A stretch of 64,000 bases of DNA from Candidatus Kuenenbacteria bacterium HGW-Kuenenbacteria-1 (GCA_002839745.1 PGYQ01000001.1:80775-144774), one strand, 5' to 3'. Positions 1 to 9,392 are shown, counted from the stretch's first letter. Notes: generated from the letters alone by a model not told the origin. Translations and numbers: made by a program.

Positions 1-1848
1 CAATCTCCAGTTTCTAATTGTCTATCAACTAATTGCAGTTGGAATGATTTTGCTATTTTAGTTAGGGCTAATTCTCAAGCCGAACCATTTTGTCAGGCAT
101 TAGAACAAGCAGGAATTCCTTATCAATTTGTTGCTAAACAAGGACTTTATAATAAACCAATAATTTTAGATATTTGGGCTTATTTAAAATTATTAGATGA
201 TTATCATGAAAGTCCAGCACTTTATCGAATTTTAAATTGCCCGCTTTTTAAAATAGAAACTAAAGATTTAATAAATTTAAATTATTGGGCTCGAAGAAAA
301 AATTGGTCTCTTTTTGAAACTTTAAATAAAGCTGTAATTTTGGGTGGATTTTCTAAAGAAACAATAGAGCAGACAAATAAACTTTTAGGATTTATTCAAA
401 AACATAGTCAATTAGCTCGAGAAAAAAGTGTCAGTAAAGTGGTTTTTGCTTTTTTAGAAGACACTGGCTATCTTAAATTATTAATACAATCCGAATGTAA
501 AAAAAATGAAGATTCAATTAATTTTTTAAATCAGTTTTTTAAAAAAATTGAAGAATTTGAAAGAAATAATATTGATAAATCAATAAAAAATTTTAAAGAA
601 GAATTAGAATTAATTTTAGAAGCAGGTGATGAAGGCGCTTTAAAAGATGATTTAAAAGAGGGACCAGAAGCAGTAAAAGTAATGACTATTCATGGAGCAA
701 AAGGCTTGGAATTTAAATATGTTTTTATTGTTAATTTAGTTGATCGTCGTTTTCCTACAATTGAAAAAAAAGAAAGTATTGAATTGTCTAATGCTTTAAT
801 CAAAGAAATTATTCCAAAAGGGGATATTCATTTGGAAGAAGAAAGGCGTTTATTTTATGTGGCAATGACTCGTGCCAAAATGGGACTTTTTTTTACTTCT
901 GCTGAAGATTATGGCGGGCAAAGAAGTAAAAAATTATCAAGATTTTTAGATGAAATCAAAATTCAATCAATTTTAAAAAATAAAAATTCTGTTGAAAAAA
1001 TAGATAATCAATTAATAGTAGATAAATTTATAAAAAAATATTCTAAAAAATTTGCTATAAATTCTGATGAAATTGAAAAAGATATAAAATATTTTTTTCC
1101 AAAAAAATTTAGTTTTACTCAATTTAGGGCTTTTGAAACTTGTCCTTTGCAATATAAATTTGCTCATATTTTACGTATTCCGATTAAAGGACGATTTACT
1201 TTTAGTTTTGGAAAAACAATGCATAGTACTTTATATAAATTTTTTCAAAGAATAATTACTCCTTTAAATGTAGAACAAATGGATTTATTTTTTTCTTCAG
1301 ATCAATTATTACAAATTTATAAAGAAAGTTGGATTAATGATTGGTATGAAAATAAAAAACATCAAGAAGAATATAAAAAAATAGGAGAAGAAATTTTAAA
1401 AGAATTTTTTAATTCAATTAAAAATAATCCACCAAAAGTTAAATATTTAGAATTGGGATTTAATTTTAAATTAAATGATTTTATTATTAAAGGAGTAATG
1501 GATAGGGTAGATGAAACAGAGAATGGAATTGAAATTATTGATTATAAAACAGGGAAGGTTAAGGATGAAAAAAAAATAACCATAGAAGATAAGGAACAAC
1601 TTTTAATTTATCAAATGGCCGCACAAGAAATTTTTAAAGGAAAATCATTAAAATTAACTTTTCATTATTTAAATGAGAATAAAAAAATTTCTTTTTTTGG
1701 GAAAGAAAAAGAATTAAATTTTTTGAAAGAAAAAATTATTAAAATAATTGAGGAAATTAAAAAAAGTGATTTTGCTCCAACTCCTAATCAATTTAAATGT
1801 AAATTTTGTGATTTTAAAGAAATTTGCGAAGCATCAAATAAAATTTAA
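1..1848 (+). CDS. UvrD/PcrA-like helicase C-terminal half fused to a Cas4/AddB-type PD-(D/E)XK nuclease domain with a 4-Cys cluster. The 5' end is cut by the window edge.
   Basis: The reading frame is open from position 1 (the ORF track's Met at 340 is internal). Helicase motif IV-like ILVRANSQ...GIPYQF and motif VI-like KVMTIHGAKGLEFKYVFIV, RLFYVAMTRAK. The C-terminal part has FETCPLQYKF ... IIDYKTGK ... CKFCDFKEIC, a Cas4/AddB-type nuclease signature with a C-x(n)-CxxC-x5-C arrangement. Confidence 0.8.
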   Translation, partial: QSPVSNCLSTNCSWNDFAILVRANSQAEPFCQALEQAGIPYQFVAKQGLYNKPIILDIWAYLKLLDDYHESPALYRILNCPLFKIETKDLINLNYWARRKNWSLFETLNKAVILGGFSKETIEQTNKLLGFIQKHSQLAREKSVSKVVFAFLEDTGYLKLLIQSECKKNEDSINFLNQFFKKIEEFERNNIDKSIKNFKEELELILEAGDEGALKDDLKEGPEAVKVMTIHGAKGLEFKYVFIVNLVDRRFPTIEKKESIELSNALIKEIIPKGDIHLEEERRLFYVAMTRAKMGLFFTSAEDYGGQRSKKLSRFLDEIKIQSILKNKNSVEKIDNQLIVDKFIKKYSKKFAINSDEIEKDIKYFFPKKFSFTQFRAFETCPLQYKFAHILRIPIKGRFTFSFGKTMHSTLYKFFQRIITPLNVEQMDLFFSSDQLLQIYKESWINDWYENKKHQEEYKKIGEEILKEFFNSIKNNPPKVKYLELGFNFKLNDFIIKGVMDRVDETENGIEIIDYKTGKVKDEKKITIEDKEQLLIYQMAAQEIFKGKSLKLTFHYLNENKKISFFGKEKELNFLKEKIIKIIEEIKKSDFAPTPNQFKCKFCDFKEICEASNKI

Positions 1849-1870
1849 AATTTAAAATTATTTTAATTTT

Positions 1871-1952
1871 GTCGGAGTGGCGAAATTGGTAGACGCGCTA
1901 GGTTTAGGGCCTAGTAGGGAAACCTGTGAGAGTTCGAATCTCTCCTCCGATA
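1871..1952 (+). tRNA. tRNA-Leu (anticodon TAG), class II with a long variable arm
   Basis: Acceptor stem GTCGGAG/CTCCGAT with a G-U pair at 1-72. Anticodon stem CTAGG/CCTAG with loop ttTAGgg. T-arm GAGAG-TTCGAAT-CTCTC. Discriminator A73, typical of Leu. Confidence 0.85.
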
Positions 1953-2035
1953 TTTATAAATAAAAATGGACAAAAGGATAATTTTATATATTATTATAAA
2001 TAATAAAATGAATTTTATTTTTAATAAAAAATAAT

Positions 2036-3301
2036 ATGACTAAAAAAATTAATTTAATTTTAATTATCGCGATTATTGTTTTGGTAATTATAAACATTGG
2101 TACTGTTTATTTTTTGTATTTAAAACAAAATAATAAAATTGATAATAAAAAACAAGAAGTTAATATTATTCCAGAAAATAATATTAGCAATGAGAATGAG
2201 ATATTGGCTGATAAAAAATTATCAACCAGTACATCAGAAAAAAATATTGTGGTTGCTTGGAATGAGTGGCCAATTACAACAATTTTTGGGCAATTATTTC
2301 CTTATGCGCAAATCGAGGAAGTAGTAAAGAATTTTAATAGCAAAAAAGAGAACATAGGTAGTCAAATTGATAAGGACGTTTTTGAAGATAGCGTTAAAAT
2401 TTATAAAGTTGGCGTAATAGCGCAAGGTGATTATTTAGGTGGAGAATTGTTTATTTTAAAATGTATATCAGGACAAGAAGGGATGTATAAAGAACAAATG
2501 TTTCGTGTAATTAAAACAAAGGATGATCGTCTTGTTCTACTTTCTAAATATTCACAAGAACCTTTAGATATTCTAAAAGAATTATGTATTATAGATGATA
2601 AAACTGTAATTTCTGATTTAGAAAAATTGCCAGTCAATATTTCAATACTAAATTCCAAAATTAAATTAATAAAAAATTTAAAAGAACCATTTTTATTAAT
2701 TAATGATTATCAAGAACCAAAAAAACTTTTTGAATATAGTAAAAATGAATTTGTTTATAAAGACAAAGAAAGCAATTGTTTTTTTATTAAAGCGCCGGAT
2801 GGAACAGCCAAAGAATATTATTTGGATTTAGATTTTATTGGTTTAGCAGGAAATAGCGAAGGATCTAATAATAAAAGTATGTTTGCCTACGGAGGTATAA
2901 TTCCTAATATGTTGGATTTTATTTGGTTGGATGACAGTAAAAATAGTAATGAATATACTTTTCAAAAAACTGGTATGTGTGGCTCTTTTGGTTGTTATAA
3001 TTACGCCGATTATATTACTGATATTTCTCAATTAGAAAAAGTTGGACAAACGGCAAATAACAATGCTATTTATGAATTAAAAGATAAAAATTTTACTATC
3101 AAAAATGCTGAAAATAGTATTTTAAAAGAAATCTATAATAATTACTATCCGGGATATGATGAAGTAAAAAAACAAGAAAAAACAAAAATAAGTTTTGAAG
3201 AATTTGTCAAAGAACACCCGCTTATTTATTGGCAAGATCCATTTGGAGAATTTATTGAATTTAAAAACGCTAAATATCTTCCAGCTGTTGAATGTAGCTA
3301 A
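2036..3301 (+). CDS. hypothetical membrane-anchored (N-terminal TM), probably extracytoplasmic protein
   Basis: Uninterrupted 421-aa ORF. N-terminal hydrophobic helix LILIIAIIVLVIINIGTVYFLYL. I recognise no domain. Confidence 0.5.
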   Translation: MTKKINLILIIAIIVLVIINIGTVYFLYLKQNNKIDNKKQEVNIIPENNISNENEILADKKLSTSTSEKNIVVAWNEWPITTIFGQLFPYAQIEEVVKNFNSKKENIGSQIDKDVFEDSVKIYKVGVIAQGDYLGGELFILKCISGQEGMYKEQMFRVIKTKDDRLVLLSKYSQEPLDILKELCIIDDKTVISDLEKLPVNISILNSKIKLIKNLKEPFLLINDYQEPKKLFEYSKNEFVYKDKESNCFFIKAPDGTAKEYYLDLDFIGLAGNSEGSNNKSMFAYGGIIPNMLDFIWLDDSKNSNEYTFQKTGMCGSFGCYNYADYITDISQLEKVGQTANNNAIYELKDKNFTIKNAENSILKEIYNNYYPGYDEVKKQEKTKISFEEFVKEHPLIYWQDPFGEFIEFKNAKYLPAVECS

Positions 3302-3345
3302 TTGGTTTAATTCAAACAGAAATTGATGAATTTATTGATTTTTGG

Positions 3346-3573
3346 TTGCCTAAGATGCAAAAAGATAATTATTATTTTATAACTTTTGTTTCGCAAAAAG
3401 AGTTTAATTTAATCGCGCCGTTAAATGTTTTGCCTCAGCCAGACACTGTTATTAAAGTATTTATGGATTATCAAGGTTTAGATAAACCAGTTCCAATTGA
3501 AGAGCAAGAAATTTCAATTCCAAAAAGAAATGGTTTTACTGTTGTTGAATGGGGTGGCGCGTTAAGAAAGTAA
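3346..3573 (+). CDS. small hypothetical protein. The frame is open back to 3298, so the start is uncertain.
   Basis: 75-aa ORF in a different frame from the upstream gene. No recognisable motif. Confidence 0.3.
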   Translation: MPKMQKDNYYFITFVSQKEFNLIAPLNVLPQPDTVIKVFMDYQGLDKPVPIEEQEISIPKRNGFTVVEWGGALRK

Positions 3574-3650
3574 TTAAATTTTATATTGTTATTATTTTAA
3601 ATAAATCTGATGATTATTAAAATAAATAGATTTTTTAAAAAATTTAAAAT

Positions 3651-4499
3651 ATGAAAAATAATCAACTTATTGTTTTTCAAAATAAAGAGATTCGTCGCCA
3701 TTGGGACGAGAAACAAGAAAAATGGTATTTTGCCATTGTTGATATCATTGCTATTTTGACAAATAGCGATAATCCACAAGTTTATTGGCGTGTATTAAAA
3801 AAACGTCTTATTGATGAAGGTTCAAATAAAACCGTTACAAAATGTAACGGTTTGAAAATGGTGGCGACAGATGGGAAAATGCGTTTTACTGATGTTGCAG
3901 ATGTGGAAATGTTATTGAGATTAATTCAGTCAGTTCCAAGTCCAAAAGCAGAGCCAATTAAATTATGGCTGGCAAAAGTTGGTTATGAAAGAATTCAAGA
4001 AATATCTGATCCGGAAAAAGCTTTAAATAGATCAAGAGATTATTGGCAAAAAATGGGCAGAAGTCAAAAATGGATACAACAAAGAATGATGGGGCAGGAA
4101 ATTAGAAATAAACTAACAGATTATTGGAAAAATAATGAAGTTAAGGAGCAGGATGAATACGCTATTTTGACAAACATTATCCATCAAGAATGGAGCGATT
4201 TATCTGTTAAGGAGCATAAAAATTTGAAAAAGTTAAAAACAGAAAATTTACGCGATCATATGTCTGACGCTGAATTAGTTTTTACAGCATTAGCGGAACT
4301 TTCCACTCGTCAAATCGCTGAAACTATGGAAACAAAAGGTTTGGAAGAAAACAAGATTCCAGCTAAAAAAGGCGGAAGAATTGCTAAAAACGCTAGATTA
4401 GAATTAGAACAAAAAACGAAAAAAAGTATAGTAACTGGCAAAAATTTTAAATTGCCTGTTAGAAGAAATAAAAAATTATCTAACAGAAAAAATAACTAA
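3651..4499 (+). CDS. Bro-N domain protein, DNA-damage-inducible protein D (DinD)-like / prophage antirepressor-like
   Basis: N-terminal LIVFQNKEIRRHWDEKQEKWYFAIVDIIAILT ... AEPIKLWLAKVGYERIQEI fits the Bro-N fold as in E. coli DinD. The stop codon abuts the ATG of the next gene (4497-4499 TAA, 4500 ATG). Confidence 0.6.
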   Translation: MKNNQLIVFQNKEIRRHWDEKQEKWYFAIVDIIAILTNSDNPQVYWRVLKKRLIDEGSNKTVTKCNGLKMVATDGKMRFTDVADVEMLLRLIQSVPSPKAEPIKLWLAKVGYERIQEISDPEKALNRSRDYWQKMGRSQKWIQQRMMGQEIRNKLTDYWKNNEVKEQDEYAILTNIIHQEWSDLSVKEHKNLKKLKTENLRDHMSDAELVFTALAELSTRQIAETMETKGLEENKIPAKKGGRIAKNARLELEQKTKKSIVTGKNFKLPVRRNKKLSNRKNN

Positions 4500-6383
4500 A
4501 TGCAAAGAATAAAAACCACAATGCTTTTCTCAATATTAATCCTGCTAATAATAATTCAAGCAGGATTAATTTTTTGTTATCAATCTAGTTTTAAAGATGC
4601 GAGCAAGGGTTTACATCTATCAACTGCGCAAAAAAATAATATCGCTCCAAGCAATATGCCAACTCATTATTCTTATTTTTCAAAAAAAGAATTTTTTGAT
4701 GAGGCGTATGAACAAGCAATTGGACAAATAAAATCAGCTGATTCTAAAATTTATGGCGGAATAATTCCTCATCATTTAATTGTCAAAGATAAAATCGCCG
4801 CGTTTTTTGAAGGCATTAAACAAAATAATTATGAAACAATTATTTTAATCGGACCCAATCATTTTAGACAAGGCAAGTCTGATATTATTTTATCTCAAGC
4901 TCAATGGAAAACTCCTTATGGAATAATTGAACCGGATCTTAATTTAATTGAAAAATTAAAACAAATAGCTGGCATCAATATTGAAGAAGAACCGTTTATT
5001 GCCGAACATTCAATCTCTGGGTTGGTTGGTTTTATTAAAAAAAGTTTTCCTGATTCTCAAATCGTTCCAATCATTTTAAAAAATAAAACTTCTTCAGAAA
5101 AAAGTACGCAATTAGCCAAAGCAATTTATGAAAATGTTGATCCAGAAAAAATTTTAGTTTTGAGTAGCGTTGATTTTTCGCACTATCAGCCAACAGCAGT
5201 CGCCAATTTTCATGACCAAAAAAGCAACTCAGTAATCAGTAATTTTGATTTTGATAAAATTTATAATTTAGAAATAGATTCTCCCTCTTCTATTTATGTT
5301 TTGTTAAAATATTTAGAAAAAATAAAAGCGAAAAATAGCGAATTAATTTTTTCAACCAATTCAGGAACTTTAATACAAAAAACAGACGAACCAACAACCA
5401 GCCATAATTTTTTTTATTTTAAAAAACACGAAGTAAAAAAAGAAAGTTTAATTAACTTTCTTTTTTTTGGCGATTTAATGCTTGATCGCAATGTTGGTCA
5501 AAAAATAAAACAACATGGGTTAGATTATTTTTTTTCTAAATTGGCTGGTGAAGAGAATAGATTTTTTCAAGGCATTGATATAATTAGCGCTAATTTAGAA
5601 GGCGCGACGACAAATAATGGCGCTCATTACAATCCAAAAATGGCTTATGATTTTGCTTTTAATCCCGAGATTATAAAAGCATTAAAAAAATATCATTTTA
5701 ATTTTTTTAATTTGGCGAATAATCATTTTTCAGATCAAGGTGAAAAAGGAATAACAGAAACTACGCAAAATTTAGACAAATTAAAATTAAATTATTCTGG
5801 TTGTCGCGATGGAATGATTGATGAAAAATGCGCAAGCAAAATTATTGAAATAGACAATCGTAAAATTGGTTTAATTGGATTAAGTATGGTTTATAGCGAA
5901 TTAGACAAGAAAAAGCTTGATGATATTTTTAAAAAAATAAAAAATAAAACTGATTTAATAATTGTTAATATTCATTGGGGAACAGAATATAGTCATAAAT
6001 TCAGTAAAACCCAGCAAGAAATAGCTTATCAATTAATTGACGCTGGAGCTGATATTGTTATTGGTCATCATCCGCATGTTGTTCAAGGAATGGAAATTTA
6101 TCGTAATAAACCAATTTTTTATTCTTTGGGTAATTTTATTTTTGATCAATATTTTTCAAAAGACACGCAAGAAGGATTGGCGGTTGGTGTAAATGTAATT
6201 CAATCAAAAGAACAAAATAAGCTTGAATTTTATTTATTTCCTTTTAAATCAATAGCCAGTCAAGTAAAATTAATGGACAACAAAGAAAAAAATAAATTTT
6301 TAGAAAATTTTATTAATTGGTCAAACATTGACGAAAAAATTATTGAGCAAATTAAAAGTAATAAAATAGAATTTAATTATTAA
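4500..6383 (+). CDS. membrane-anchored fusion protein: MEMO1/AmmeMemoRadiSam-system-protein-B-like domain plus a CapA/PgsA-type metallophosphoesterase domain (poly-gamma-glutamate capsule biosynthesis family)
   Basis: N-terminal TM. The MEMO-like signatures are IYGGIIPHHLIV, TIILIGPNHF, QWKTPYGII, AEHSI, VLSSVDFSHY. The CapA-like signatures are LANNHFSDQGEKG, IVNIHWGTEYS, IVIGHHPHVVQGMEIY, FYSLGNFIFDQ. Confidence 0.65.
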   Translation: MQRIKTTMLFSILILLIIIQAGLIFCYQSSFKDASKGLHLSTAQKNNIAPSNMPTHYSYFSKKEFFDEAYEQAIGQIKSADSKIYGGIIPHHLIVKDKIAAFFEGIKQNNYETIILIGPNHFRQGKSDIILSQAQWKTPYGIIEPDLNLIEKLKQIAGINIEEEPFIAEHSISGLVGFIKKSFPDSQIVPIILKNKTSSEKSTQLAKAIYENVDPEKILVLSSVDFSHYQPTAVANFHDQKSNSVISNFDFDKIYNLEIDSPSSIYVLLKYLEKIKAKNSELIFSTNSGTLIQKTDEPTTSHNFFYFKKHEVKKESLINFLFFGDLMLDRNVGQKIKQHGLDYFFSKLAGEENRFFQGIDIISANLEGATTNNGAHYNPKMAYDFAFNPEIIKALKKYHFNFFNLANNHFSDQGEKGITETTQNLDKLKLNYSGCRDGMIDEKCASKIIEIDNRKIGLIGLSMVYSELDKKKLDDIFKKIKNKTDLIIVNIHWGTEYSHKFSKTQQEIAYQLIDAGADIVIGHHPHVVQGMEIYRNKPIFYSLGNFIFDQYFSKDTQEGLAVGVNVIQSKEQNKLEFYLFPFKSIASQVKLMDNKEKNKFLENFINWSNIDEKIIEQIKSNKIEFNY

Positions 6384-6442
6384 ATGTAGTATACTTTGAA
6401 ATATTATAAAATATATAGTTTCAAGGATTTTAATAAAAATTT

Positions 6443-7648
6443 ATGCAAGAAAATCAATTATCGCCATTGGCCGATCGAATGAGGCCGGAAATATTAGAGG
6501 ATTTTTTAGGACAGGATGATATTTTAGGTTCGGACAAAATGTTAAATCAAGCCATAAAAGAAGACAAAACGCCTTCAATGATTTTTTGGGGACCACCGGG
6601 AAGCGGCAAAACAACATTAGCAAATATTATTGCCAAACAAACAAAATCAGATTTTATTCAAATTAGCGCGGTTTCGTCCGGGGTAAAAGATTTAAGAGAG
6701 ATTATCAAAAAAGCGCAAGAAAATAAATTGCAAAATAAAAGAACGATTTTGTTTATTGACGAAATTCATCGATGGAATAAAACTCAACAAGATGGACTTT
6801 TGCCTTATGTTGAAAAAGGACTAATTGCTTTAATTGGCGCGACAACTGAAAATCCCAGTTTTGAAGTTCGCTCGGCCCTGCTTTCTAGATGTCGGGTTTT
6901 TGTTTTAAAACAATTAAGCGAAGAACATTTAATTGAAATTTTAAACAAGGCGATAAAAGATAAAGAAAAAGGATTGGGTGATTTAAATTTAAAAATAGAA
7001 AAAAATATTTTGAAAAAAATTAGCCAGATGTCAAATGGCGATGCGCGAGTTGCCTTGAATGTTTTGGAATACGCGTCTAGTTTGTCAAACAATATTACTT
7101 TTAAAATTATAAAAGAAGCGTTTCAAAAATCGTATTTGCTTTATGATAAAGATGGCGATGAACATTATAATATTATTTCCGCTTTGCATAAATCAATGCG
7201 CGGTTCTGACGCTGATGCCTCATTGTATTGGTTGGCGCGAATGTTAGAAGCAGGAGAGGATCCTTTGTATATTGCTCGCAGATTAGTTCGTTTTGCCAGC
7301 GAAGATATTGGTTTGGCAAATTCTCGCGCTTTAGAGCAAACTGTGTCCGTATATAATGCTTGCCATTTTATTGGTATGCCTGAATGTAATGTTATTTTAG
7401 CACAAGCTGTTGTTTATTTAGCAAAATGTAAAAAATCAAATGATTTATATTGTGCTTATGAAAAAGCAAAAAAAGATGTTGAACGGTATGGTAATTTACC
7501 TGTGCCTTTACATCTTCGCAATGCGCCGACAAAATTAATGAAAGATTTAAATTATGGCAAGGATTATAAATATAGCCCGGATTTTTATTATCAAGAATCG
7601 CAGGAATACTTGCCTAAGAAATTAAAACACAGAAAATATTTAAAATAA
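6443..7648 (+). CDS. rarA: replication-associated recombination protein A (AAA+ ATPase, MgsA/WRNIP1 family)
   Basis: Walker A GPPGSGKTTLA. Walker B ILFIDEIHRWNK. Sensor region GATTENPSFEVRSALLSRCRVFVL. C-terminal MgsA helical domain. Confidence 0.85.
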   Translation: MQENQLSPLADRMRPEILEDFLGQDDILGSDKMLNQAIKEDKTPSMIFWGPPGSGKTTLANIIAKQTKSDFIQISAVSSGVKDLREIIKKAQENKLQNKRTILFIDEIHRWNKTQQDGLLPYVEKGLIALIGATTENPSFEVRSALLSRCRVFVLKQLSEEHLIEILNKAIKDKEKGLGDLNLKIEKNILKKISQMSNGDARVALNVLEYASSLSNNITFKIIKEAFQKSYLLYDKDGDEHYNIISALHKSMRGSDADASLYWLARMLEAGEDPLYIARRLVRFASEDIGLANSRALEQTVSVYNACHFIGMPECNVILAQAVVYLAKCKKSNDLYCAYEKAKKDVERYGNLPVPLHLRNAPTKLMKDLNYGKDYKYSPDFYYQESQEYLPKKLKHRKYLK

Positions 7649-7659
7649 TTACAAAAAAT

Positions 7660-8613
7660 ATGAGAGAAAATGAATTTTATTTTAATGACAAACCAAAAGA
7701 TGAAAATCTTTTATTAGAAGAAGAAATTGAGGAAGGATCTTTTTTAGAAAAAGGGAAGGAGTTTGAATTGTTTCAAAAAAATGAAGAATTATTTCAAGCT
7801 TTAGAATTAGAAAATGCAAAAGAAGAAAGAAATGAAAAGGAAATTAAAAAAATTAAAGATACGATTATTTTGGCTAATAGAAAATTGGTAATTTTTTTTG
7901 TTAATAAGTATAGGGATCAAGGACTTGAAGTATCTGATTTAATTCAAGAAGGAAATATTGGTTTATTGGAAGCAGTAGAAAAATTTGATTATCGAAAAGG
8001 TTATAAATTTTCCACTTACGCTATTTTTTGGATTAAACAGGAAGTGGTTAGAGCTATAGCTGAGCAATCAAGAATTATTCATCTTCCTGAAGGTATAATA
8101 CAAAAAATTGGGAGATTTGAACAAGCTAAAAATACTTTAATTCAAGAATTGCAAAGAGAGCCATCTTTAGAAGAAATTGCCAAGAAAATGGGAGTTGATC
8201 ATGAAACAATACGAAGCATAATGCAGGCATTTCAAAAAGTAGTTTCATTAGAAACACCAGCTAACAATGATGGCGATACAGTTTTAGGGGATTTTATTTC
8301 TAATGAAGAGCCAGTCATTAAGCAAGAAATAGTGTCTGAAAGGTTTATGAGCTATATTAAAGAAAGAATTTTTCAATCACAAATTTCACAGAAAAAAAAA
8401 GATATTTTAGGAGATTTATTTGGTTTAAACAATGTAAAATTAGAAACAGAAGAAGAAATTGGGGAAAAATATAATTGTTCTAGACAGTATGTTTCTGCCA
8501 CTAAAAAAAAGTTTATTAAAAAGATTAAAGGGCTTTCAGAATTTGAAAAATTATATATGGAACTTTTTAGAAATTCGACTAAATATAAAAAAATAACTGG
8601 TTTTGACCATTAA
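7660..8613 (+). CDS. rpoD: RNA polymerase sigma-70 family primary-like sigma factor, compact with no region 1.1
   Basis: Region 2: DLIQEGNIGLLEAVEKFDYRKGYKFSTYAIFWIKQEVVRAIAEQSRIIHLP. Regions 3 and 4 are present. Confidence 0.85.
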   Translation: MRENEFYFNDKPKDENLLLEEEIEEGSFLEKGKEFELFQKNEELFQALELENAKEERNEKEIKKIKDTIILANRKLVIFFVNKYRDQGLEVSDLIQEGNIGLLEAVEKFDYRKGYKFSTYAIFWIKQEVVRAIAEQSRIIHLPEGIIQKIGRFEQAKNTLIQELQREPSLEEIAKKMGVDHETIRSIMQAFQKVVSLETPANNDGDTVLGDFISNEEPVIKQEIVSERFMSYIKERIFQSQISQKKKDILGDLFGLNNVKLETEEEIGEKYNCSRQYVSATKKKFIKKIKGLSEFEKLYMELFRNSTKYKKITGFDH

Positions 8614-8614
8614 A

Positions 8615-8850
8615 CCATCATTGTCCAATAGTTTTAAGGGAAAGTATAAAGAAATTAAACTTCCAATACTTGTAATATTATCAGAAGATGATAAAGTAAT
8701 AGATACTAAAATAGCTGAAGAATTTTATCAAGAAATTTCATCCACAAAAAAGTAATTGATTATTTTGAAAAATTCAGGGCATGTTATTCAGCTTGATTAT
8801 GAATGGGAAAAAGTTGTTTCTGCTATATCAATATTTATTTATAAAAAATA
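8615..8850 (+). pseudogene. remnant of an alpha/beta-hydrolase C-terminus, interrupted by an in-frame TAA
   Basis: In one frame the sequence reads ...KLPILVILSEDDKVIDTKIAEEFYQEISSTKK*LIILKNSGHVIQLDYEWEKVVSAISIFIYKK*. These are the typical catalytic Asp and His segments of an alpha/beta hydrolase. The N-terminal roughly 200 aa are missing because the sigma factor gene ends at 8613. Confidence 0.5.
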
Positions 8851-8886
8851 ATTTATTTATTAATTACTCATTAAATAAAAAATAAT

Positions 8887-9372
8887 TTGATGAGAGAAAA
8901 AAATATGGGAAATTTTAATCGAGGTGTAGGAAGTTTTGACAGAGGCAATCGAAGAGCTGGAAGTCGTTTTAGCGGAAGAGATTTAGGAAAAGGAGATAGA
9001 GGTCCAATCACTATGTTTAGAGCAATTTGTGATGAATGCAAAAAACCTTGCGAAGTTCCTTTTCGTCCTACAGCAGGAAAACCTGTATATTGTAATGATT
9101 GTTTCAATATACGTGGCAGGGTGAATCAAGATAGAGCACCTAAAAGAGATTTTAATGACAGACCACAAACTCCAAGACCTATTTTTTTAAATAATGAAAA
9201 AGAAGATGATATAAAAAAACAATTAGAATTAGTAAATTCAAAGTTAGAAAAACTTATTAGTTTAATAGAAAATTTTTCTAAAGAAAAACTAAATAAAAAA
9301 GTAGAAATTGTAAAAAATATCGTAGCCTCTTTACCTAAAAAAGAAATAAAAAAGAAAACTATTAAAAAATAG
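8887..9372 (+). CDS. CxxC-x17-CxxC zinc-ribbon protein with an RGG-rich N-terminus (a family I recall as frequent in candidate phyla)
   Basis: ICDECKKPCEVPFRPTAGKPVYCNDCF, preceded by an R/G-rich tail and followed by a K/E-rich coiled region. Confidence 0.55.
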   Translation: MMREKNMGNFNRGVGSFDRGNRRAGSRFSGRDLGKGDRGPITMFRAICDECKKPCEVPFRPTAGKPVYCNDCFNIRGRVNQDRAPKRDFNDRPQTPRPIFLNNEKEDDIKKQLELVNSKLEKLISLIENFSKEKLNKKVEIVKNIVASLPKKEIKKKTIKK

Positions 9373-9392
9373 TATAAAAAAAATTAGTAACT

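Noticed and set aside
2139-3031. Small ORFs in the six-frame track nested in, or antisense to, the 2036..3301 gene (2139..2324 +, 2431..2658 -, 2843..3031 -)
   Set aside because: They lie entirely inside a longer, better-supported ORF, are AT-rich frame artefacts and have no motifs. Similar nested ORFs elsewhere were also treated as spurious: 3597..3779, 6441..6623, 6805..7092, 8871..9168, 10305..10541, 13569..13922, 15304..15492, 18424..18633, 23894..24214, 24576..24776, 27470..27694, 28777..29253, 30658..31233, 34038..34244, 39183..39467, 39836..40033, 40802..40993, 44698..44910, 49339..49736, 50357..50641, 51338..51538, 53782..54060, 56145..56518, 61816..62013, 63309..63755.
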